Positions 18,311 to 28,515 of a DNA stretch of 64,000 bases are shown one piece after another. A model generated the notes under the pieces. It saw only the letters and a list, made by a program, of their open reading frames with translations. It was not told the origin of the DNA and did no database searches. This DNA comes from Candidatus Moraniibacteriota bacterium. Its GTDB lineage: Bacteria; Patescibacteriota; Minisyncoccia; Moranbacterales; GWC2-37-73. The translations under genes and the position numbers were made by a program. Position 1 is the stretch's first letter, and each line of letters starts with the position of its first letter. Where the stretch lies: contig DNVR01000019.1 in the NCBI GenBank assembly GCA_003507445.1, positions 1,367 through 65,366 on the forward strand. The letters run 5' to 3'.

Positions 18311-20059
18311 ATGCGAATTGAAAACAAACAGTTGAAGGATTTTCTTTTGGATTCCAGCTTGTTGGATGCTGGAATTATAGAAGAGAATTTTAAAATTTCT
18401 TCGGAGACCAATCAAAAATTGGGAGATTTGTTGGTGGAAAAAAAGTTAATGAATGAAATTGAACTTCAGAAACTGTATTCATATATTTTAGGCATTCCGT
18501 TTGTTAATTTGGAAAAAGAAACCATCACGACGGATATCCTGCAAATTATTCCAGAGCCTATTGCAAAAAAATATGGGATTATTGCTTTTGAAAAAAACGG
18601 TAATGATTTGAAAGTTGCAATGAAAAATCCTGAGGATTTGCAAACCATTGATTTTATTAGAAAAAAAACAGGATTGAAAATTATTCCTTGTCTTACAAAC
18701 GAGGAAAGTATTAAAGCAATTCTCAAGCAATACGAAAAAAGTTTGAAAGCTGAATTTGGTGATATTATCAATAAAAATGCTGATGATGTCACTGTTGGAA
18801 ATGACGCGGAAAGTTTGGAAAAAATTGCACAAGATTTGCCAATAATCAAAATCGTGGACACCTTGCTTAAGCACGCCATTTTGCAATCTGCTAGTGATAT
18901 TCACATTGAACCAGGGGAAAAAGAAGTTCGTGTGAGATATCGTATTGATGGTGTTCTTCATGATGCGATGACACTTCCAAGACAGGTTTTGGAGGGGCTT
19001 GTTGCTCGTATTAAGGTTTTGTCCAATCTTAAATTGGATGAACATCGGTTGCCACAAGATGGACGTTTTAAGATTGAAAAAGAAGGATATAAAATTTCTT
19101 TTCGTGTTAGTATGTTGCCAGTTTTTGAAGGAGAAAAAATCGTAATGCGTTTGTTGGACGAAACATCCAAGGGACTAACTCTTGAAAAAATGGGGCTTAG
19201 CGGTAATGCTTTGGAGGTCGTGCATAAACATATTAAGCGTCCTAATGGGATGGTGTTAGTAACAGGACCAACTGGATCTGGAAAAACGACAACATTGTAT
19301 ACGATTATGGACATTTTAAATACTACAGAAGTTAACATTAGTACGGTTGAGGATCCAGTTGAATATCGCATGACCAGAGTTAATCAAACTCAAACCAATG
19401 CTAAAATAGGAATGACATTTGCAGCAGCACTTCGCAGTCTTTTGCGTCAAGATCCGGACATCATAATGGTGGGAGAAATTCGCGATGGAGAAACAATGCA
19501 AATTGCAGTGGAAGCTGCGATGACAGGACATCTTGTGCTTTCAACTTTACATACTAACAGCGCAGCAGGAACACTCCCTCGTCTTTTAGATATGGGCGCG
19601 GAAGCTTTCTTGGTCGCTTCAACGGTAAATGTTGTTATTGGCCAAAGACTTGTGCGAAAATTATGCAATGAATGTAAGACCCCTTATACGCTCGACGAAA
19701 AGGAAGTGAAAACACTTGGTGCTAATTTTGATATGGCTGCTATTTTGGAAATGCTTAAAAAAACACCCGAATTGGGGGAAATTGTCAATGCAAAAAGCAC
19801 TTGGAAAAATTTGAATTTTTATCATGCTAAAGGTTGCGAGCAATGCAATAATGAAGGGTATCATGGACGTTTGGGAATTTATGAAGTATTGGAAATGGAT
19901 GAGACAATTGGAAAATTGATAACCTCTAATGCTTCATCTGATGATATAGAAAAAAAAGCCAGAGAAAATGGGATGCGTACGATGGGAGAGGATGGTTTTA
20001 TAAAAGCAATCCAAGGAATCACTTCAATTGAAGAAGTGATGAGAGTAACGAAGGAATAG
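18311..20059 (+). CDS. pilB: Type IV pilus assembly ATPase PilB/GspE.
   Basis: N-terminal GSPII_E_N-like domain and Walker A VTGPTGSGKTTTLY. Confidence 0.9.
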   Translation: MRIENKQLKDFLLDSSLLDAGIIEENFKISSETNQKLGDLLVEKKLMNEIELQKLYSYILGIPFVNLEKETITTDILQIIPEPIAKKYGIIAFEKNGNDLKVAMKNPEDLQTIDFIRKKTGLKIIPCLTNEESIKAILKQYEKSLKAEFGDIINKNADDVTVGNDAESLEKIAQDLPIIKIVDTLLKHAILQSASDIHIEPGEKEVRVRYRIDGVLHDAMTLPRQVLEGLVARIKVLSNLKLDEHRLPQDGRFKIEKEGYKISFRVSMLPVFEGEKIVMRLLDETSKGLTLEKMGLSGNALEVVHKHIKRPNGMVLVTGPTGSGKTTTLYTIMDILNTTEVNISTVEDPVEYRMTRVNQTQTNAKIGMTFAAALRSLLRQDPDIIMVGEIRDGETMQIAVEAAMTGHLVLSTLHTNSAAGTLPRLLDMGAEAFLVASTVNVVIGQRLVRKLCNECKTPYTLDEKEVKTLGANFDMAAILEMLKKTPELGEIVNAKSTWKNLNFYHAKGCEQCNNEGYHGRLGIYEVLEMDETIGKLITSNASSDDIEKKARENGMRTMGEDGFIKAIQGITSIEEVMRVTKE

Positions 20060-20185
20060 TTTAAGGCAATGTCAAATTAAAAATTAAAAATATCAAATCC
20101 AGGACGATGCCCGTATGATTTCTTGATATTTAACATTTGACATTCATTTGAAATTTGGAATTTAAAATTTGAAATTTTTTAGATT

Positions 20186-21409
20186 ATGCCTAAATATATT
20201 TATACAGCTAAGAGTTATAGCGGCGAAACCAAAGGCGGGGAAGCTGTAGCTCAAGATGAAAAAAATCTCGCGCAACAATTGCGCAGCGAGGGCTTTTTGG
20301 TTACTTCAATATCTCTTGTGAAAGAAGTTGATGCCAACAGTGTTAGTGTGAAATTTTTAGACAGATTTCAAAGTGTGCCGCTTAAGGAAAAAATGGTTTT
20401 TGCTAGAAATTTAAGTATTATGGTTGCTTCGGGATTAACTGTTTCTCGCGCAGTGAACAATCTGGCTTTGCAAACTCAAAACAAAACATTTAGAAAAATT
20501 TTGTTGGAAATATATGAAGAAATTCAAAGCGGAAAAGCATTGAGTGAGGGATTGGCCAAGTTTCCTAATATTTTCGGCGAGTTGTTTGTTAATATGGTTA
20601 AGGTTGGAGAAACTGCTGGTAATTTGGATGAAGTTTTGAAAATAGTTGCTGTTCAGTTGGAAAAAGAACATGATTTGAAGAGCAAGGTTAAAGGTGCGAT
20701 GATTTATCCTGCTGTAATTTTGGCAGTGATGGTTATTATTGGAATAATAATGTTGACATTTGTTTTGCCAAAATTGTTGAGCGTGTTTAAGGATATGGAT
20801 GCTGAATTGCCTGTTATGACGCAAATGATTGTTAATCTTAGCAATTTGCTAAGAAATAATGGACTTTTGGTGGCTATTGTTTTTGTTGCGGTTACTCTTT
20901 TTCTACAATATTTCTTGAGACAACCCTTGGGCAAAAAAACCTTAAGCTGGGTTTCTATCAAATTTCCAATTTTTAGTCCGCTTGTTAAACAAGTAAACTG
21001 CGCACGTTTTGCTAGGATTTATAGTTCACTTTTGAAAAGTGGAGTTGGCAGCGTTGAAGCGCTTAAAATAATTTCACATACGCTTACCAATTATTATTAT
21101 CAAAATGCACTGCTGGGAAGTATTGAGGATATTCAAAAAGGTGTTGCGCTTAGTAAGGTGCTTTCCGATAATCAGGATATTTTTCCAATTTTGGTATCCC
21201 AAATTGTGCAGGTTGGAGAAGAAACCGGAAAAACAGAAACCGTGCTTTTGCAATTGGCAGAATTTTATGAAGACGAAGTTGATCAGATTACTAAAAATTT
21301 ATCAGCTGTTATCGAACCACTTTTGATGGTTGTTATTGGTAGCGCTGTTGGTTTTTTTGCAGTAGCAATGTTACAACCGATGTATAGTATGATGGACAGT
21401 GTTAAGTAA
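20186..21409 (+). CDS. pilC: Type IV pilus / T2SS platform protein PilC/GspF.
   Basis: Duplicated GspF-like domains with polytopic membrane topology. Confidence 0.85.
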   Translation: MPKYIYTAKSYSGETKGGEAVAQDEKNLAQQLRSEGFLVTSISLVKEVDANSVSVKFLDRFQSVPLKEKMVFARNLSIMVASGLTVSRAVNNLALQTQNKTFRKILLEIYEEIQSGKALSEGLAKFPNIFGELFVNMVKVGETAGNLDEVLKIVAVQLEKEHDLKSKVKGAMIYPAVILAVMVIIGIIMLTFVLPKLLSVFKDMDAELPVMTQMIVNLSNLLRNNGLLVAIVFVAVTLFLQYFLRQPLGKKTLSWVSIKFPIFSPLVKQVNCARFARIYSSLLKSGVGSVEALKIISHTLTNYYYQNALLGSIEDIQKGVALSKVLSDNQDIFPILVSQIVQVGEETGKTETVLLQLAEFYEDEVDQITKNLSAVIEPLLMVVIGSAVGFFAVAMLQPMYSMMDSVK

Positions 21410-21421
21410 ATTTAAAATAAA

Positions 21422-22777
21422 GTGAAAATTTTTAGAAAAATAAAAAAAGTAAAAGAAGGCTTCTCATTGATAGAGGTTTTAATCGTGATGTTTATTGCTG
21501 CGGTTGCTTTTACGTCTTTTTATACTGTAGCTACATTTGGTACAAAATATATTATTGAATCAAAAAACAGATTAGCTGCTGTCGCATTTTTAAATGAAAG
21601 AATGGAGATCGTTAGAAATCTAGAATATAGTGATGTTGGGATGGAGGGAAGTATTGATGTTGATGGTATTCTTCCACAGGAAACTGATGCGATTGCAAAT
21701 GGACGCTCATATCATATTTCTAATTCAGTTGCATATATTGATGATCCCTTGGATGGTGTATGGCCAGCAGATACAATTCAGAATGATTACAAAATTGTCA
21801 GAGTAGTCGTTTCCTGGAATGATAGTAATGGGCAACTGCAAAGCGTGTCTTCATCGTCACGTTTTGTGCCACCTGGACTTGAAACTAGTGTGGGCGGTTC
21901 TCCTCTTTCAATTAATGTTATTGATGGCACAACGCTACTTCCTATCTCGCAAGCAACTGTTCATATAACAAATAATACGATGTCTCCTCCAATTGATGAT
22001 ACGATACAAACTGATACTAATGGGCACATTATGCTACCCGTCGCTAAAATATCCAATGATACCCATCTGTCAATCACAAAAACTGGTTATGAAACAATTG
22101 AGACTATGGATTCTTCGCCAACGTTCGTTCCTATCTATGGGCACGTTAATGTTATTGAGGGTTTTCTTAATACCTATAATTATTTGCAAAACAAATTGGG
22201 AGATCTTATTGTAAAAACTGCTGATTATCAAGGTAATCCAGTGGGCGATCTCGGGTTTACTATAGGTGGAGGAAAGGTTATCGGGCACGATGAAGTTGAA
22301 GTTGAAATTTTTAGTATGGCAAACGAAACAGGCACAACAAATGCGACTACTGGAGAAAAAGAATATTCCGATATAAGTTCGGGAAATTATTCCATTTTGA
22401 TGAGCCCTGATGATCAGTATGAGTTTATAGATTATGACCCATCTGTTTCTCTTGCTTTTCTTGTTCCTGACAGTATTACAACACATACGCTTCGCGTGGC
22501 TGATAAAAATATTAGCGCATTATTTTTGACAATTGTCGATATAGAAGATATGGCACCAATTGCAAATGCTAAAGTGACATTAACTGACGGAGGAACCGAT
22601 ATTTTTACTGAAAAATTAAGCTCATTAAGAGGTGTTGTTTTTTATCCTGATGATGCGGCAACTTTGGAAAATAAAGAATATACATTAAAAGTTGAAGCTG
22701 ATGGATACAATCAAGACACTAAAACAATAAATATTTCCAACCTGACTCACATTGGAGTGAGTTTAACAAAATTATAG
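21422..22777 (+). CDS. Prepilin-type N-terminal cleavage/methylation domain protein (large pilin-like protein).
   Basis: KEGFSLIEVLIVMFIAAVAF class III signal; GTG start. Confidence 0.7.
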   Translation: MKIFRKIKKVKEGFSLIEVLIVMFIAAVAFTSFYTVATFGTKYIIESKNRLAAVAFLNERMEIVRNLEYSDVGMEGSIDVDGILPQETDAIANGRSYHISNSVAYIDDPLDGVWPADTIQNDYKIVRVVVSWNDSNGQLQSVSSSSRFVPPGLETSVGGSPLSINVIDGTTLLPISQATVHITNNTMSPPIDDTIQTDTNGHIMLPVAKISNDTHLSITKTGYETIETMDSSPTFVPIYGHVNVIEGFLNTYNYLQNKLGDLIVKTADYQGNPVGDLGFTIGGGKVIGHDEVEVEIFSMANETGTTNATTGEKEYSDISSGNYSILMSPDDQYEFIDYDPSVSLAFLVPDSITTHTLRVADKNISALFLTIVDIEDMAPIANAKVTLTDGGTDIFTEKLSSLRGVVFYPDDAATLENKEYTLKVEADGYNQDTKTINISNLTHIGVSLTKL

Positions 22778-22778
22778 G

Positions 22779-23417
22779 ATGCAAAAAAGAAAAAAAAATT
22801 TGAAAAGCGGGTTTACTTTGGTAGAAACACTTATTGCAATCGCTCTTTTTTTGTTGGGTACGCAAGCGACAGTGCTTGTTTTCGCCAAAACAATGAAGAG
22901 TAAGGCGTACACCTTGGAAATGGGCAGGTCATCTTTCGTTGTTTCGCGTTCTATGGGAGATCTGACTCAATATCTCAGGCGAGCCAGACAATCAGACGCG
23001 GGATCGTATCCTATTATTTCAGCTGATGATAATGATTTGGTGGTGTATTCTGATTATGATAAGGATGGTGATACTGAAAGATTGCATATTTATTTGACGG
23101 ATAATAAAGTTTATATGGGAGTTAGAAATCCATCTGATAGTTTTCCTGTAACCTATGCATCAGGTGACGCAGAAACTTTTCAATTGGCTGACCATATTAT
23201 TAACTCAACTGATGATGCAATGTTTTCATATTATGACAGTGCATATACTGGCGAATCTGATGATCCGCCGGTTGACACTCCAGCAGATGTTTCAGAAATT
23301 CGTTTGGTAAAAATATTTTTAAAAATTAATATCGATCCAAACAGAGCGCCAGACAATATTCAACAGGAAACTTTTGTAGAACTTAGAAATTTAAATGATT
23401 ATGATAGAATTCATTAA
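22779..23417 (+). CDS. Pseudopilin / minor pilin.
   Basis: KSGFTLVETLIAIALFLLG prepilin signal. Confidence 0.7.
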   Translation: MQKRKKNLKSGFTLVETLIAIALFLLGTQATVLVFAKTMKSKAYTLEMGRSSFVVSRSMGDLTQYLRRARQSDAGSYPIISADDNDLVVYSDYDKDGDTERLHIYLTDNKVYMGVRNPSDSFPVTYASGDAETFQLADHIINSTDDAMFSYYDSAYTGESDDPPVDTPADVSEIRLVKIFLKINIDPNRAPDNIQQETFVELRNLNDYDRIH

Positions 23418-23423
23418 TTTTTT

Positions 23424-24953
23424 ATGATTAATTTTAGATTTAAAAAAAACCAATTAAATAATTTGCCTACGGCAGAATTTAACGGGGTAAATACAAAAAG
23501 GGGAAGTGCTTTGGCTATGGCCTTGGTAATGATTGTTATTGTTGCAATCACTTTAACTTCACTTCTTGGATATATTTCATCTCAAATAAGATATAGCAAG
23601 GACAGGGTTGAGCGCGAGCGAGCCTTTCAGGTCGCTGAAGCTGGAGCTTATTATTATAGGTGGTATTTGGCGCATCAAGTTTCAGGAAAAACTGCGGCTC
23701 AAATTGAGGATTTTTGGCAAAATGGAAATCCTATTGGAGTTACTGATCCATATTCTGGAACATTTAATGATTCAGAAAATATGCCTGTTGGAGAATATGA
23801 ATTAAATGTTGATCCTCCAGAAGATGGTTCAACAATTGTGACTGTCACATCAACAGGTTGGACAAATAATAAGCCAAATATTAAACGCACTGTGCAGGTG
23901 AGATTTCGCAGACCTTCTTGGAGTGAGTATACTTTCTTATCTAACAGTTTTTTAAATTTCGGAAATCAATCGACGGTGTATGGAAAAATTCATTCTAACG
24001 ACGGAATTCGTTTTGATGGACTAGCTTATAACGTTGTTAGTTCTGCCAAAGCAAGATTTAACGACCCATCTATTGGTGGGAGTTCTCTGGATTTCGGAGT
24101 TCATACAACAGTAACTCCTGCAGATGATCTTGCTCCCGCATATCCTTGGCCGTCAGGAACCGTTCCTGTTCGAAGTGACATTTTTATGGGAGGTAGGGAG
24201 TTTCCTGTTCCCGAAGTTAGTTTTTCTGGTGTTGCTACTGATCTTGATAATATGAAAGCTCAAGCGCAGGCAGGCAGCGGTCAGTATTTTTCTGCTATAG
24301 CAACAAGTAATGGTAAGGCAGGGGGGAGAAGAGTTATTTTAAAAGTTGACGGGACTTATGATATTTGCGCAATAAGCAAAGCCAATGAAACAAATCATAG
24401 TATTTCAAAATATTGGAAAAATGATATGAGTGGAACTTGCGACACTTGCAGTGGAGCTTGCGCAACAAATTACCCAATCGTTAATAATGGGTTAATTTTT
24501 GTGGAAGATAATATTTGGGTTGAGGGTTCCATAAACAATAAAAGATTAACAATTGCTGCCGCTAATTTGTCTGGAGGATCAAATCAAGCAGATATTTATA
24601 TTGGAATAGGCAATGATAATTTGCGACTTGCTGCTTATGATTGCGCTAATATGCTCGGGCTGGTGGCACAAAGGGATATACGAGTTCTTAGTTATTGCCC
24701 AGAGGATTTCATTGTGGATGCTGCTTTGCTTGCTCAAACAGGTCTTGTGGGTATTGTTAATGGCACATCGGGAGTAAAAAACTCACTGACGTTTAATGGT
24801 GCGATATCATCATATTTGCAAACATTCTTTTTTAATGGAGTTAGCGGCTTTGATGACAGAACTTATAACTTCAACAATAAACTTTTAGATTGTCCACCGC
24901 CGTATTTTCCAACTGGCACGGAATACGCAATAGATCTTTGGGATGAGTTATAA
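23424..24953 (+). CDS. PilX-like minor pilin; true start uncertain.
   Basis: RGSALAMALVMIVIVAITL resembles the PilX_N domain. The first ~90 nt overlap a diverged copy of the TTTAACGGGGTAAA element, so an alternative TTG start near 23511 is possible. Confidence 0.5.
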   Translation: MINFRFKKNQLNNLPTAEFNGVNTKRGSALAMALVMIVIVAITLTSLLGYISSQIRYSKDRVERERAFQVAEAGAYYYRWYLAHQVSGKTAAQIEDFWQNGNPIGVTDPYSGTFNDSENMPVGEYELNVDPPEDGSTIVTVTSTGWTNNKPNIKRTVQVRFRRPSWSEYTFLSNSFLNFGNQSTVYGKIHSNDGIRFDGLAYNVVSSAKARFNDPSIGGSSLDFGVHTTVTPADDLAPAYPWPSGTVPVRSDIFMGGREFPVPEVSFSGVATDLDNMKAQAQAGSGQYFSAIATSNGKAGGRRVILKVDGTYDICAISKANETNHSISKYWKNDMSGTCDTCSGACATNYPIVNNGLIFVEDNIWVEGSINNKRLTIAAANLSGGSNQADIYIGIGNDNLRLAAYDCANMLGLVAQRDIRVLSYCPEDFIVDAALLAQTGLVGIVNGTSGVKNSLTFNGAISSYLQTFFFNGVSGFDDRTYNFNNKLLDCPPPYFPTGTEYAIDLWDEL

Positions 24954-25133
24954 AAACACAAAATAATTGTAGAAGAAAACAGAAAAACGCAGAACTAAAA
25001 TTATGAATTATTGATAAAATAGTGTAGAATTAAAAAATACAAAATAAATAAACAAATATAAAAATAGTAATAAGAATTTTGTAGCGGGCGTATTTTATGT
25101 TGTATGCTACATGATTCATGCTATATGAATTAA

Positions 25134-26225
25134 ATGTCTTTTCTTAATAAAAAAATATTTAATGACAGTCTTGATGTTTTTGGATTGGATTTGAGTGATT
25201 TGTCTGTCAAAATTGTTAATCTTGAAAGTGATGGCACATCTGAATATGTGGCAAGTTATGCTACAGTAATGCTTGCCAATGGCGCTATCGTTGATGGGGA
25301 GATTCAACAAAAAGATCAAGTTGTGGCTGCAATAAAAAAGGCAGTTGAAATTGCTGGACCTGAAAAAATAAAAACCAAAAAGGTAATCTGTTCTTTGCCT
25401 GAAACGAAAGCATTCTTACGCATCGTTTCAATTCCTCAAATGAGTGACGATGAGCTTAATGAGGCGGTAAAATGGGAAATGGAAGCTAATATCCCGCTTA
25501 CGCTTGATCAAGTTTATTATGATTGGCAGGTAATTCCAGCGGAACTTCTTTTTGAGAAAAATAAGGTAAATTTATTAGTAGTGGCAATTGCTAAAGCTGC
25601 TGTTGATCAAACGATAGAAGTTTTGGAATTGGCAGGTCTTGAACCCGTTGGTTTGGAAATAGAATCAATAGCTCAAGCAAGAAGTTTGCTTTTGGAAAAA
25701 AATGAAAAGGAAACAATATTAATTGTGGATATTGGAGATAGGCGAACGAGCTTTTCTGTTACTAAGGGCGGTGTGCCGTGTTTTACTTCGAGTATTCCTC
25801 TTTGTGGACAATCATTGACCGATGTTATTTCAAAAGGGATGAATATTGGCTTTGAGGAAGCAGAAAAAATTAAACTTTCCTATGGTATTGGGGATGATTT
25901 TAAAAATGATACTCTTTTCAAATCAGTAAAGCCAGTTTTGGAAAATTTTTCTCAAGAGATAGAACGCTCCATTGATTTTTTTGTAACAGGACTTAAATAT
26001 TCCGACAGCATTGATAAAATAATAATCTGTGGTGGTGGAGCAAACACAAAGGGCATCGTGCCGTATTTATCGAAAAAATTAGGCAGAGAAATTCAACTTG
26101 GAAATCCATGGATAAATATGAATCTTGGTAAAAATTTGCCAATAATTGAAAAAGGGCACTCGTTGCAGTTTTCAACAGCGGTAGGACTCGCTCTTAAAGG
26201 ATTACATTATGAAGATATATCTTGA
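25134..26225 (+). CDS. pilM: Type IV pilus assembly protein PilM (actin-like ATPase).
   Basis: N-terminal FGLDLSDLSVKIV motif typical of PilM; actin-fold phosphate motifs. Confidence 0.8.
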   Translation: MSFLNKKIFNDSLDVFGLDLSDLSVKIVNLESDGTSEYVASYATVMLANGAIVDGEIQQKDQVVAAIKKAVEIAGPEKIKTKKVICSLPETKAFLRIVSIPQMSDDELNEAVKWEMEANIPLTLDQVYYDWQVIPAELLFEKNKVNLLVVAIAKAAVDQTIEVLELAGLEPVGLEIESIAQARSLLLEKNEKETILIVDIGDRRTSFSVTKGGVPCFTSSIPLCGQSLTDVISKGMNIGFEEAEKIKLSYGIGDDFKNDTLFKSVKPVLENFSQEIERSIDFFVTGLKYSDSIDKIIICGGGANTKGIVPYLSKKLGREIQLGNPWINMNLGKNLPIIEKGHSLQFSTAVGLALKGLHYEDIS

Positions 26226-26772
26226 TTTATTGCCAAAACAAAGAAAAACAGAATTAAAACGAAAAAAACTATTTCGTAGAATTTTGCGTGAGGAATTTTT
26301 GTTTTTGCTCCCGATAATTTTGTTTATTATAATTTTGTTTAATATTTTTTATTTGCTTTCTATTGAGCGCAATGCTTCTTTGGCTGCAAAATCAGCAGCT
26401 GAGTCGCAAGATAAATATCAAGAACTTAGCTTGTATGAAGAAAAATTTAAACAAGTTAATGAGAATGCTTCAAAATTAGTGAAAATTCAAGAAGGTCATT
26501 TTTATTGGGCGGAAATTTTTAACAAACTGAGTGCTGCCACGCCAGAAGAAATTGCAGTTACAGATTTTTCAACAAAAGATCGCAATGTATATCTTGTTGG
26601 AAAAGCCAAAAGCCGCGATGTGCTTTTGGAATTTAAGGATGAACTCGAAAAGAACGAATGCTACGAAAATATAAATGTTCCACTATCTAATCTTGTTGTG
26701 AAGAATGATATTGTTTTTCAAATGGATTTCTTAATAAAAATGGATTGTCTAAAGAAAACCCTAGTTAAATAG
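26209..26772 (+). CDS. pilN: PilN-like pilus assembly protein.
   Basis: LLPKQRK...transmembrane...coiled-coil layout; overlaps the pilM stop. Confidence 0.6.
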   Translation: MKIYLDLLPKQRKTELKRKKLFRRILREEFLFLLPIILFIIILFNIFYLLSIERNASLAAKSAAESQDKYQELSLYEEKFKQVNENASKLVKIQEGHFYWAEIFNKLSAATPEEIAVTDFSTKDRNVYLVGKAKSRDVLLEFKDELEKNECYENINVPLSNLVVKNDIVFQMDFLIKMDCLKKTLVK

Positions 26773-26830
26773 TGCGGGGTACCGCCCTATTGAATAAAAA
26801 AGTTCAACAGGGTAAACAATTTAACGGGGC
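26759..26830. repeat. Short palindromic element (CCCTAGTTAAATAGTGCGGGGTACCG...TTTAACGGGGCGAG) spanning the pilN stop and the pilO start.
   Basis: Arms match the family; it supplies the pilN C-terminal codons. Confidence 0.6.
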
Positions 26831-26838
26831 GAGAAATA

Positions 26839-27516
26839 ATGAAGAATTTTTTACACAAACAACGTGAAATTATCGCAATACTGGCTTATGTGGCAGTTGT
26901 TGTTGGTATTGTTTACTTTGCCATTTTTCCCTTACTTGGTCGTATAAATAGTATTAATGATGAGATTCAGCAAGAAACAATGAAACAAGAAAGTGTGAAG
27001 CTGCATATTGAACAACTTCCAAAAATACAAAAACAATATGAAGCATTGCAAGCAAGCGGAGATTTGATGGATGTGCTTTTGAATAAAGACAAAGCGGTTG
27101 TTTTGATAGAGAGACTTGAAAAGTTAGCTGATAGTACCGGCAATGAAATAACAATTGCGGTGCAACAGGAAACTGCGCCTGTTAAAAAAACTCAAACAAA
27201 AACAGCAACAGCTGCCGCTGTCGAGGATACCCTTGTTGCGAATCTGCCAAGCGCTGATTATCTTGAAATGAAAATAAGTCTAAATGGAAGTTATAACTCA
27301 ATCATTGAATTTATTGATTTGCTCGAAAAATTTGAATACTACGCTGATATTATTGAAATTAAAATCAATAAAGAAGAAGCGAATGTTTCAACTGTGAATA
27401 GCGCAACTGTTGGAATGTTTTCACGATCGTCATCTGTCACAAGCAAACAACCTGAAAAATCCTTAAAAAGGGGAGAGCTAGCAGCTTCTTTGGGGGTGGT
27501 ATTTTATACGAATTAA
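26839..27516 (+). CDS. PilO-like pilus assembly protein.
   Basis: Single N-terminal transmembrane helix plus coiled coil, positioned after pilN. Confidence 0.45.
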   Translation: MKNFLHKQREIIAILAYVAVVVGIVYFAIFPLLGRINSINDEIQQETMKQESVKLHIEQLPKIQKQYEALQASGDLMDVLLNKDKAVVLIERLEKLADSTGNEITIAVQQETAPVKKTQTKTATAAAVEDTLVANLPSADYLEMKISLNGSYNSIIEFIDLLEKFEYYADIIEIKINKEEANVSTVNSATVGMFSRSSSVTSKQPEKSLKRGELAASLGVVFYTN

Positions 27517-27529
27517 TAATAAGAGAATT

Positions 27530-27664
27530 CACCCTGTTAAATAATTTTAAAAAATAGTAATTTTTTAAAATTAAGATTTGGAATAATAAGGTGAAAAAAT
27601 AAGAATTAATTTAAATAAGCTGGTGCTCTTTATTGAAGAGTCCAAATCTTATTTAACAGGGTAA
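27530..27664. repeat. Palindromic element, long copy B; it abuts the start codon of ORF 27665.
   Basis: CACCCTGTTAAATAATTTTAAAAAATAGTAATTTTTTAAAATTAAGATTTGG...CCAAATCTTATTTAACAGGGTAAA. Confidence 0.75.
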
Positions 27665-27985
27665 ATGCAATTTGATTTTAAAAAATTAACAACGAACAAT
27701 GGGCAGCTTTTTTCTACGGTTGTAATTTTTTGGCAAAAAATTTATAAAACGGTATTCTTTGTTTTTTTGACAATAGTGATTTTATTGAGTGTTTATGTAT
27801 GGCAAAGGAGCTTATCAGGAGGACAATGGAGCGCGGAAAAAAAACAGGAATTTTTGGATGCACAAAATAAAGGTGTGGTTTTCAAGGAGAGCGTTTTTAA
27901 CAAGGCACTTTCAGACGTCGAGATGCGAAAACAAGAAAACGTTAGCGAAAGTAAAGGGATAAAGGATATTTTTAAAGATTACTAG
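27665..27985 (+). CDS. Small membrane protein, last gene of the pilus cluster.
   Basis: One transmembrane helix, VVIFWQKIYKTVFFVFLTIVILLSV. Confidence 0.4.
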   Translation: MQFDFKKLTTNNGQLFSTVVIFWQKIYKTVFFVFLTIVILLSVYVWQRSLSGGQWSAEKKQEFLDAQNKGVVFKESVFNKALSDVEMRKQENVSESKGIKDIFKDY

Positions 27986-28020
27986 GACTTTATTATTGGA
28001 AAAACTCTCAGCAAAAATTA

Positions 28021-28045
28021 AAAACCATCTAACGATGGTTTTTAA
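28021..28045 (+). terminator. Terminator hairpin.
   Basis: AAACCATCT-aac-GATGGTTTTT. Confidence 0.5.
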
Positions 28046-28053
28046 AATATTTG

Positions 28054-28128
28054 TGCGCCTTGAGAGATTCGAACTCCCGACCTATTGTTCCGAAGACAAT
28101 CGCTCTATCCAGCTGAGCTAAAGGCGCA
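28054..28128 (-). tRNA. tRNA-Arg(TCG).
   Basis: Cloverleaf by hand: acceptor GCGCCTT/AAGGCGC, anticodon loop CTTCGGA. Confidence 0.7.
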
Positions 28129-28160
28129 AAATGTCTCGAATTTTTTGTGAAATATGTGCT

Positions 28161-28234
28161 GGGCGAGTACTGGGAATCGAACCCAGATTCTCGGTACCAC
28201 AAACCGATGTCTTAGCCGCTAGACGATACCCGCC
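28161..28234 (-). tRNA. tRNA-His(GTG).
   Basis: Extra 5' G pairing with discriminator C; anticodon loop TTGTGGT. Confidence 0.75.
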
Positions 28235-28302
28235 ATATTTAAATAAAAAAACTTCTTTTTGTTTAGAAATTAGAAATTAAAAATTAAAAATTTCTCAACA
28301 TG

Positions 28303-28374
28303 TACCCTCAGCAGGAATCGAACCTACATAACAAGCTTAGAAGGCTTGTGTTCTATCCATTGAACTATGAGGGC
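28303..28374 (-). tRNA. tRNA-Arg(TCT).
   Basis: Anticodon stem CAAGC/GCTTG, loop CTTCTAA, T-loop TTCGATT. Confidence 0.7.
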
Positions 28375-28438
28375 ATATTAATTCCCTGCAAGGGAACTGG
28401 TGGGTTATGCAGGATTTTCACCCCGTCACTAACCTTTG

Positions 28439-28511
28439 TGCGTCCAGTAGGATTCGAACCTACGACCGTCGGCTTAAGAGGCCGCTGCTCTACCAACTGA
28501 GCTATAGACGC
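28439..28511 (-). tRNA. tRNA-Lys(CTT).
   Basis: GCGTCTATAGCTCAGTTGGTAGAGC...CTCTTAA...GGTTCGAATCC...TGGACGCA. Confidence 0.75.
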
Positions 28512-28515
28512 ATAT

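Noticed and set aside
18466-19864. Several antisense ORFs inside pilB (18466-18879, 18488-19057, 18958-19371 and others).
   Set aside because: They lie fully within pilB on the opposite strand and are AT-rich low-complexity translations.
28300-28500. ORF 28300-28500(+).
   Set aside because: Runs across tRNA-Arg(UCU) and tRNA-Lys genes on the opposite strand; spurious.
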